Source: Macrostomum lignano
Lineage: Eukaryota
DNA: 60,919 nucleotides
Assembly (NCBI GenBank): GCA_002269645.1
Contig: NIVC01000682.1
Location: forward strand, 1 to 60,919
Direction of reading: 5' to 3'
This document shows positions 49,843 through 60,919 of the stretch, piece by piece. Every line of letters begins with the position of its first letter. Position 1 is the stretch's first letter. The position numbers and the translations under genes were made by a program. The notes beneath the pieces were generated by a model that did not search any database, was not told the DNA's origin, and worked only from the letters and a program-made list of their open reading frames with translations.

Positions 49843-52479
49843 TTGGATCGTTCGGTCGGTCTGAGTGAAAGGGTGGGGTCGATTTCGACTGTGGAATATA
49901 ACAATGAATCGGTTTTCTTTTAAAATTGTTTTTGTTTCTCTGTCATTTATTATAACATTTTGCATTCTAGTTGGCCTGTGTTGTGTTCAGTATGGGGTCG
50001 CTTTAACGAGCTTATAGAACTAAGGACGGAAATTTCAATATAAATATTTTACTTAATTAATTGCACGGTTGTCGAAAGACCTAAACAAGAAATCTAAAAC
50101 TCGGTGTTTTTGGCACTTCCGTATAGTATAGGGCTATAATAATTTATAGTACATCCTTACTTACTGCTAGAACAAGCGCAGGTCTAGCCCGTTTTGGTTT
50201 TTTTACGTTTTATAAATTATTTACTATTACTATAGTACTAGTGTATAATACCCTATTAATAGTGTCGCTTTTCATATTTGGGTTTTATTCAATTTCACTT
50301 GCACTGTCATGCATTAATAAGTTTTGTTAGTACTCTTACGTGCCCATTGTAGTTGACGTTTCTCCCATTTTTGATGTCATCTCTTTGTGTGGTATTTTTC
50401 TCTACGTCACTCTGCTGTATTGGTTTCTACGAAAGTGATGGGTCAGTCGCTCGATCGGTGTGACGCGCCGTTGATATTTGGGTCTTGTATGCTGTTATCC
50501 GATGGTGTCGTATGGAGGTTTTTGCGCTTCGATAATGTTGGCTACGCCTTGGGCTCAGTTCGTTCGTTAAAACTGGTTTCGTATTATAACAAAAAAAACG
50601 TGAGCGTTCGGACTGCACTGCAAAACGCTATTACAACTTTTCTTTAATACATGGCGTGGCTGATGCGTTTAACGTCCGTAAAATAAGCCGTTTAATGTGC
50701 TCGCTGTGTAAAAAAACCAGATGTTGATGATTTTGAACTCGTTGATCCATTGCTATTAGAAGAGAGGAAGAACTAACGCAACGTACTTTAGATTGTCGTA
50801 TAACTGCAGCAGCAAATATGGAGGCTATGGCTGGTCTGTCATCATGTCCCGTGGAGAGGATGATAACTGAGCCTAATGCAGACTTAAGGCGACTCAAGCA
50901 AGTTCAACAGCAGGCACAAAAAGCAGCCCAATAATAGTTTGCAGCTGTCGACACGATGCTTGTACAGGTTGGTTGGTAGTACAAATGACAAGATTCGAAG
51001 CTGGTTATGAAGCTGTAAAAGGATAAACTACCTGATGAGATGAGATGAGTCTCCAGGTGCGAAAGATTTAAATGGTATGGCGGCCGTATAGTGAAAAGTA
51101 CCTCATGCAACATTGCAACTGGGGTCTTCGATGGTCTGCAAAACTGCGTTGATAAGAGTGTCCTTGGCTGTTTGTTTGCAAATTTAATAATCGAGAGAGC
51201 GCGTACGCATGAAGGTCTGGACACCTAAAAAGCTCAACAACTTCACCACCTACGTCTACATATTGTATTCTTTTATTTGTAAGAGGTCGTTCTTTACGAT
51301 TGGGGAGTTTACTGCGTTGGTAAATTTAGATGAGTTTGGCGAGCTTCCAGAGGCTGGTCATTGGTTTTCTAAGAATTGTAGACGAATTCGGTCTAAAAGA
51401 CTTACAGTCAATTCATTGATCGTTTGTTTTATTTATTGATCAACAGCAGACTTCGAATTTCAGTGTTTCCATCTGTGTCGACAAGTTGGCTCGTTTGGCA
51501 GTAAGGCGACTCGCGGTTCGGCTTTGGTTGGGTCTGCTGTCTGGTGTGGCTGTCAACTCTTGTAGCACCAGCCTGGTGTTCTGTCGGTTTTCGGTCGAGC
51601 ACGAGTATTCCTCGAAGGTTGTCGGATTATGATGCGTTTTCTTAAAATTCTACTTATTTCGATGCTTCGTAAGTAGCATCATGCGGCTGCAGAATCTGCA
51701 TTTATATTGCTCAAAAAATGGATCAATTTGGTGGCTAATAGCTTGTTACAAATTTTATCTAGATGTGTTTAACTTCAGTAACTAATTTTTCGCGTTTTTA
51801 AAAGATTTAATTTTAATGTCAAATCTTTCGTGTTAATCTTTCAACAGTTTATCGCATTCTTTCTTGTTCGAATTTCTGCATTTTTAAATAGTGACCGCTT
51901 TTTATAAAAAATGCTAGTTTTTATTAGTATCTAATTTATGAGTACATTGGCGTTTATTAATTTTTAATATTTAAATATTACTCGGCTATTCTTGTTTATA
52001 GCTGTTAATTAAATTTTACCTGTGGAAATGGAAACCCGATTCCTGAACATTTTACATGGTTATTAACTAAGTCTTCTAATGGACTCATTTAGAGGTTATA
52101 TCTATTCGTAAAGGCGGCCACACTTCACAACTCAAGGCTCATGGGAGAGTTGCTGAGTTGCTGTGGCTCATGGGTTTGCTCAGATACTTTGAGTTAAAGG
52201 CTCATATGGTATCTGATATCTTAGGCCAGATAGCGCAGCAAATGCGTACACGATCAAAAGCTACATGTAGTTTATTTGTTTTTTAGCACAAAAATACCAG
52301 ATTAAATTTATTCAAAAAAATGTGCCGGTTAAAAATGACCAAAATTAAGTTGTGTTTGTGTCTGCTTGTTCTTGATCTGGGATTAAAAGTTTGGAAACTT
52401 TCCGGACACGCTTCAATCGTACTCAGATGTTCAATGTCCAATTGTCCATGTTGAGCGTAACTAAAGCTATAAGCCATGA

Positions 52480-52968
52480 GGGCCCGCGGGGCACATGCGG
52501 CTCTCTCATATCCCCTCTCCCTTTCTCTCTCCTCTCCTCTTCCCTCTCCTCATCTCTCCCCTCCTCTCTCCTATCCTCTCATCTTGATCCCTTCTCCCCT
52601 CCCCTCTCACTCTCATCATCTCTCCTCTCCTCTCCACTCTCCCCTCCTTCCCTCTCCCCTCATCTCCTCTCTCCTCTTCTCTACCTTCTCCTCTCTCCCC
52701 TAATCTCCATTCTCGTCTCTCCCCTCCTCTCCCTTCTCTCTCCTATCCTCTCATCTCGATCCCTTCTCCCCTCTCCTCTCTCCCCTTCTCTCTCCCCTCC
52801 TCTCCCCTCTCTCCTCTCTCTCCCTTATCCTCGTCCTCTCTTCTCTCTCCCTTCCTCCCCTCTCCTCCTCTCCTGTCTCCGCTTTCATTCCCCCCTCCTC
52901 TCTCTTCTTTCTCTTGCCCGCAGTCATGCGCTATATTCTATATTTGGCCCTATGATCGCCGACCCCTG
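52480..52968 (-). mobile_element. Third copy of the CAGGGGTCGG hAT-type MITE with a (GGAGA)-rich interior, reverse orientation
   Basis: Ends CCCGCAGTCATGCGC...GCCGACCCCTG, the reverse complement of the left end of 11418 and 16671. The other end is degenerate (GGCCCGCGGGGCACATGCGGC). Confidence 0.75.
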
Positions 52969-52975
52969 TTACGTT

Positions 52976-53375
52976 CTTTTTTCGTTCTAATTCGATAAAA
53001 ACTGCATTCAATTTCGGCAAACTGTCTTTCATTTTCGGCATCAGCTACGGCCGCACATCCAAACTGCATTCGAATTCGACAAACCGCGAGAACCGATTTC
53101 GGCAACTCGAGTTTCTATTTAGACAAACTGATATACAAACTCGGCAAACTGTATTAAAACTGCATTGGCGCTGTCGAAATTGAGCGCAGTTTGCCGAAAT
53201 TGAAAATCAGTTTTTGGGTTTAGATGCGCTTTTATTTCCGTAGACAGTCTGTGGCACGAGGCGCTTGCTGCAGAAATTGAATGCAGTTTTGGATGTGCGG
53301 CCGTAGCTGATGCCGAAAATGAAAGACAGTTTGCCGAAATTCAATGCAGTTTTATCGAAATAGAACGCAAAAAGG
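52976..53375. mobile_element. ~400-bp foldback MITE with ~95-bp terminal inverted repeats
   Basis: CGTTCTAATTCGATAAAAACTGCATTCAATTTCGGCAAACTGTCTTTCATTTTCGGCATCAGCTACGGCCGCACATCC is mirrored almost exactly at ~53280-53370. TSD not clear. Confidence 0.85.
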
Positions 53376-54054
53376 TGTATAAGTTATAAGCTAAAGTGTA
53401 AATTTGAAAATTGTAACCATTCTAAGAGTGTAAAAGTTAAAAAGGTAGACAGGTAGTTGGCATATTCGGTACAACTGCCGTTCGATTCTCCGGAAATCAA
53501 GAGCAACGATGTAGCCATTGTTTGCTAAAAATGAGAAGTCGTGTCAGCCTAGTACAAGAGAAGAAATCGAAATTACACTGAGACTAGCAGATAGCTAGCT
53601 ATTGCATTAACGGATTGGTTTATTCTCGCTTTCTCATTTACCCTTCAAGTCTCATTTCCTATCTGAGAGGATTCTCTTTCAACCGCGCATGACAGCTCTT
53701 GCGGATGTGTTCTAAAGCCAATGGCTATTGTGTGCGGTCTGGTGCATGCATGCATGCATGTGCCTCCCCTGTATGTTTTTTTCTATTTTAGCTGCACATG
53801 TAATTCAATCGTTTCTAGCTATACTCCTGTAGCTCTTTTAGACTTTTTTCTCACGAAGTCTGAATTCATGCAGTCTTCATGATCTGATGGGCTTGTATGC
53901 AACGTAAGTCACGTTTTGTGGGAGTAGCTATATATATACATGTAGTAGAGAGCTTGCTAAGACACGCAGCTTTTGTCTACCAACCAAAAAGTTTTGTTTA
54001 TGCTTTAAGCCGTAGCTGCAGTATACTCATACACTGTATAGCCATTACAACTCC

Positions 54055-54508
54055 GAAAACTCGTACGAAGTCCTTCAGAGACTCGTAAGAAACCCTTTGA
54101 CGACTCGTAAGAAACCATTTAAAGACTCGTAAGAAGCCCTCCAAAAACTTACGAAGCCCCCGAGGACTCGTTAGAAACCTTCCAAAGACTCGTAAAGGAA
54201 ACCCTCTGAAGACTCGACGAAACCCTCCAAAGACTCGACGAAACCCTCCAAAGACTCGTAAGAAACCCTTTGACGACTCGTAAGAAGCCCTCCGAAGACT
54301 CGTACGAAGCCCTCCGAAGACTCGTACGAAGCCCTCCGAAGACTCGTAAGAAACCATTTAAAGACTCGTAAGAAGCCCTCTGAAGACTCGTACGAAGCCC
54401 TCCGAAGACTCGTAAGAAACCATCTGAAGACTCGTACAAAGCCCTCCCAGGATTCTTACGAATCGGCTTTCCGAAAAAGCTTCGCGGGCCGGAGTTTACC
54501 GAGCCTTG
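54055..54508 (+). repeat. ~22-bp degenerate minisatellite (GACTCGTAAGAAGCCCTCCGAA)n followed by a hAT-like right end
   Basis: Tandem units 54055-54450; CTTCGCGGGCCGGAGTTTACCGAGCCTTG matches the right end of 11418-11776. Confidence 0.8.
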
Positions 54509-55569
54509 GTGTAGGCGCTCTCTAGTAGTGTACATGTACTTACATATTAACAGCGATCGTTCAAATTCCGCTTAACTTATCCCATGCTCGACTAACCGAC
54601 AAGCTATAAACTATTGCTGTCAAAAATGGCCAAGAATCTGATTGTGAGGTCCGAAGTCTCCCAAAAAGGATACTAAAGTGGCCAGGTGCGTGTACAAGCC
54701 AACACAAAGTTTATTTTTCAAAAAAATAATCTGTGAATATAAATATTTTATCGCCTCAAGAAAACAGTATTATAATTAACGACGTGTCATTAAAAATCAT
54801 AGAATTTTGAAACATAGATGGAGCAAAGATGGGGTTGATTACATTAACTAGCGAGAGCTCCAGCTAATAGCTATCTCTCTCATACACCCGGACCCGGGTG
54901 TGAAGGTAAAAAAGCTGTTATAGCTGTATTTCGGCTGCCTCAGCTGCTTCTGTGCACAGTTTGCTTCACACCTCTTCTTTTGCAACGAGGCTTATGGGAT
55001 CGCGATTTTAGAAGAAAATTAAAGTAGAAAAGACCATCGAAAAAAACGGTAATTGTCTTCCTTTGAACAAACTAAAGCTAGGGGGTCTTTGGGTTATGAA
55101 AATAGGTCATGTGATTATTAATTGAATTTTTCTGTCTAACAGTCAAATTGCTTTTGGAAAGCGGATGCAGAGTAGCGGAGTGATTTCCGGTATTGGCTGC
55201 AGACAGAATCAGAGCTGCAGGCGGGGTCTCAGACCGCGGTAAGTGCATTAGCTAGCTGGCCGCATTGCCGTATCCGCAGCTGATAGAATGCCTTTTAGCC
55301 ATCTGCCATCTGCTCTCCTAAAATCTGTTGTGTGGTTGATTTCGTGTAGCTATGGGCCAAGGTCGATTCACTGACTATGTGCAATAATGCAGTTTGACTC
55401 TACTCATTTTTAGATCATAAAGGCATTACATAGGGATGGAGGCAAACCCCTAAGTCACCAGAGTGCACACAGCTCGAACCTTGACTGACGATTCGAAAAC
55501 CAGGGCCGCTGTGCATCCTGTGTGAGCGTGTGCACTGTATGAGTGCGTGCCTGCGAACACGATTGACGC

Positions 55570-55835
55570 AAGAGTCAGTCAGAGTCAAATCCAGAGTCAG
55601 CTAAGAGTCAATCAATACTCAGTCAGAGTTAATCGAGAGTCAGCTACGAGCGCGTAAGAGTCAATCAATACTCAGTCAGAGTCAATCGAGAGTCAGCTAA
55701 GAGTCAATCAATACTCAGTCAGAGTCAATCGAGAGTCAGTCAGGTCAATCGAGAGTCAGTCAGAGTCAATCGAGAGTCAGTCAGAGTCAATCGAGAGCCA
55801 GTCAGAGTCAGTCGAGAGTCAGTCATTCAGAGTCA
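55570..55835 (+). repeat. Degenerate ~21-bp minisatellite (AGAGTCAATCGAGAGTCAGTC)n
   Basis: Tandem AGAGTCA-rich units. Confidence 0.85.
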
Positions 55836-56367
55836 AGCGATAGTATGAGAGCTCGTTCTCTGCCGCTATAATCTGAACAAACGGAAAGGGATAGGTGGGG
55901 TGAATCGAACAATAGCAGGGCCAGGAAGTAGGGAGATTTTTTGCATAGCTGCATGGACCTCATGCAAACGTATATGCATGTATTTGCCTAGCCTGAGGGG
56001 CCGCAAGCAAGCTGTGGAAGATGTCTCCGCGGACCTCCGTTCTCATTGGCCAGCCGATTTTGGTCCGATGCTAACCCAGATCTGCTAGATGACGGAGACT
56101 GGGGGTTGGGGGAGGAGAGGATGTGGTAGGATCTGCCAAGGGGGAACAGTGGGATGCTGCATCTTATGTAGTAAAAGGAGGCGATGAAAAGAGATATCCC
56201 TTCCTATGTCCAAGTGTGCGCGCCACTCAGCTCTGTTCCAGAGAGTCAGTCAGACAGACAGATAGAAGAAAGAGGAGAGCTGTTGTGCAGTTTTCACTCC
56301 CACGCAAATTTTCAAACTTCAAACCAGCGGCTCCAGTCGAAGTCCGATCGGCCTCAACTGAATATGA

Positions 56368-56579
56368 ATGCATCAGTCTAGCGGTGACGTCATCGAGGAG
56401 GCCTGGTCGCCCGCGGCGTCTGGCTGCGGCGTTGCCATGGAAACAGACGACGCCAGCCCTGAGATTGAAGTTCGAGCCGAGGAGGAAATACCATATCCAG
56501 GATTTTATCCCATTGTGCTGCGCTACCTGCATCAGCGGCACCCAGTGCGAGCCTGGTGCCTACGCGTCATCACTTGGCC
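56368..56579 (+). CDS. First coding exon of a T-type voltage-gated calcium channel alpha-1 subunit (Cav3); the rest lies beyond the window
   Basis: IPYPGFYPIVLRYLHQRHPVRAWCLRVITWP resembles the Cav3 pre-IS1 segment ([31 protein letters not shown]). The exon ends mid-Pro codon at a U12-type donor CC|ATATCCTTT. The start could be ATG 56368 or ATG 56437. Confidence 0.8.
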
Positions 56580-56589
56580 ATATCCTTTT
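56580..56589 (+). other. U12-type (minor spliceosome, AT-AC) 5' splice site ATATCCTTTT
   Basis: Exact match to the RTATCCTTT consensus at the point where Cav3 similarity stops. Confidence 0.8.
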
Positions 56590-57629
56590 TCACTCGTGGT
56601 TTGTGCTCAACTTTCATTTTGTGCCGATACTCATTTAACTTCAACCTGCGATTTTTTTCGGGGGCGGTTTCACCACAGGACCTCAATATCAAACTCGATC
56701 CATACTGACCCGGTTCAAAAACTCGAAATCGACACGAGAGTTTGTCGACAGAGCTCACCAGTAGAAAAATAAGCAAACAAAACAAACTGCTCACCAGTTT
56801 CTTCAAGACTTACTCATTCGAGAGCATCCCATATGGAGCTCATATCGTTAATTCAAATAAGCCGAACCGGCTCCCAGAAAGTCTCCATGCCATAATCCGT
56901 TTAACTATTTATTCAGTACACAAAACCAAACCTTTTGCCAACTGCACTGCAGTGCAAACTCCAGTATATACTCTGCTAGGAAACCCCCCTCCCGCTTTTT
57001 CTAGAAGCCGCTTTCTAGTCTCGCTGCGTAAATACTGGATAAAGCAAAGTTCCAACTTCTACCTTCTGGCTAGGACCATGCAGTCTGTCCAACTTCCTGG
57101 ATGCTTTAAACACACACACAGACCCACGGCTCAATTGCATCTTAATCTTATTCAATTCCCTGGCTCCCTGCGATTGAATGTACGTTGAAAACTGGCGAAG
57201 TCATTAATTCTCAGGTCACAGGGGTTTTTGAAAGGCTGGCTGCGTAGAGAGAAGAAGAACGGTTGAACAGATCTGAGGCGTCTCACCTGATTTCCCGTTT
57301 TCTCTGCACAATTTCCATGACATGCAGCTCAACTCAGTTAGAGAGGGAAATTGAGAGAAAAAATCAGAGAGGGGGGGTACGCTCGTACCTTAGCAGAGCA
57401 GTTTAGTAATGGGACAAGAACCCGCCATCAGCAGGGTTCTGACGCATCCTGGTATTTGTTGGGCCTCAGTTGAGAAGTTGTTTCTTTACAAGATTCCTTG
57501 CTTTAACAACAACAATGGATTGGCGCGATCTATTGTGTGCCACTGCCTCGGCGTGACAGCTCCGACTGCTGGCTGCTGACTGCGTCTGAACTGATAAACT
57601 TTTGACCTGACACTCTATCTCAAAGTCTC

Positions 57630-58725
<1,096 letters not shown>

Positions 58726-60152
58726 GACAGGCGCCGAAAAAAATATTACGATACTGTTAAGCTTGGTTTAGGCTACTGAGAGCGAAAGTTAAATCGGTTG
58801 TAAAGTTCGAATCGGGTTCGATCAGTTTTTGGTTAGCACCGTGAGACATTAAATTTAACGTCCTGCATGCGGGCAGAACGAGAACGAGTTTTATTACCTT
58901 ATTTTTTTAGCCGGACTCTCGATCTAAGCAGAGTACTCGTAGCAGGCAGGGCTGAAAAGTGAAATTGAGCAAAGCATACCAACGAGGGAACGGAAGGGTA
59001 ATGCGGTGATTGAAGCGGAAATGCGAAGCATGAATTCACGAGCGAATATTATAGGCGAGAATTGAGGGGCTCCCCTTATTCTTTCTCTCCTCTGTCTGTC
59101 TGCCCGCCTCTTGCCTGCAGCCGGTTGTTCGTCTCCATTTCGCTTCCTTCATTTCTCTTCGGCCCACTTCCCACTTCCCCGGGGCAATAAATATTCATCC
59201 TCTAGATAAGGGTAAGGCGGAGGCGGATGGTGGCAGAGGGGGGCCCGCAGACGTGCTCCACTGAGCAGTCTGGTAAGCACTCAACGCTTATGCGCCTCAG
59301 ATTCCCATTGGTAATTCCCCCGACAATAATGATAATGAAAATAAAAGGACGCCAGTTTCCTAACAACATTTCGTTCACCTGGAGTATAGTTAGTTAACTG
59401 CCCAGAGGCGCCACTTAAATTCGATTGAGTGTCCGGGAAGCGGACTGAATTTTTTTTTTCATTAAGCATCGCCAATTTGTCACGGTTCAGTTCAGAAGCC
59501 CATAAGGTACTTTTCGTTTTTGTGCTCCAAGATGATTTTTGTGCAACAAGATGATTTTTTATAAGTAGTTGTTTAACCACTTCTGCAAAAACTATCAGTG
59601 TAAGTATATTTAAAGTAACTAAAGTTATGCCACAGTCTTTGGAGTACGAAAATAGCTAGGTTTTAATCAGAATTATAGTTTTATTCAAAATCAGAAAAAC
59701 TCCTTCTTTAGGCTGCGAATTTACCGATTTCTGTGCAAAACAGACAAAAAAAACGGAGCAACGTTAAAGTCCACAAGCCCTACTCAATGCAAGATTCGAT
59801 CTCAAATGTGGTTCGTATTTGCAATGCAAAAGTTTCCTAAAGCACGGAGTCTGCCCACTTTCCCGATTAACCGTAATAAGTTAGAGAGCATGCAGAACAT
59901 TGATTTGTTTCATAGCAGCTGGGCAAAGGCCCAACAGAACTATGTGAATCACTTATGAACGCTGATTCATTATATTGGTGGTGTCTGCTGGGAATTTCCA
60001 CCTCCTAATCACTGTTATTATTGCTGTACTCATTACCATTACTTTCACAAGAGTTTATACATAATTTATCCATCAAGAATAAAAATTGCAGGCCTCATAA
60101 TAACTCACTTGTCCGACAGTGCAAGCTTATTCACATCGTTTAAAATATATAT

Positions 60153-60678
<526 letters not shown>

Positions 60679-60919
60679 TACAGTTTCGGATGCCTTGAAG
60701 CCAGGCGCTAATCGGGATGGTCAAGGCAATTCCAAAATCTTGCACTAAATCATGACATTTCCTATTCTTCCCATTGCCAAGCAAAACCAGATCGCTTCCA
60801 AACCTGTCGCACTCGAAGTGGACGGCTTACTACATATGCCACCAAATTATAGCTTGTCAAATGACCAACAAAAAGGTGAAATCAAGCCATCGAATTGCGT
60901 GACGGTCAAAAGAGACACG

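Noticed and set aside
59345-59400. Possible U12 branch site and AC acceptor (TTTCCTAAC...TTCAC) for the Cav3 intron
   Set aside because: The downstream frame gives PWSIVS* rather than an IS1 helix, so the true exon 2 is probably beyond the window.

Overview
This is eukaryotic (metazoan, invertebrate-like) genomic DNA with spliceosomal introns, so most entries in the supplied ORF track are repeat artefacts or use non-ATG starts. The minisatellite-filled introns and GC-rich exons suggest a free-living flatworm such as Macrostomum, but that is an inference only. Genes I can support: the last exon of a probable Nudix hydrolase (+), an orphan 171-aa ORF (-), a 5-exon FAM187A-like Ig membrane protein (-), a complete 6-exon flavin-containing monooxygenase (-), two small paralogous signal-peptide genes (+), a 3-RRM hnRNP M/MYEF2-type gene with an N-terminal RS region (+), and the first coding exon of a T-type (Cav3) calcium channel that ends in a U12-type ATATCCTT donor (+). 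Mobile DNA includes a deleted BEL/Pao LTR element with both LTRs, PBS, PPT and TSD, two RTE-type LINE fragments, two tRNA/CORE-like SINE copies, and several MITE families with 8-bp TSDs. About 20 tandem arrays are present, the largest an ~8.6-kb 21-mer array filling one intron. The strongest theme is that dispersed non-autonomous elements carry minisatellite seeds that are 1-4 units long in some copies and expanded to dozens of units in others, and that several unrelated arrays share the octamer GAGAGTCA. All calls were made by eye; family names come from recalled motifs, not database searches.
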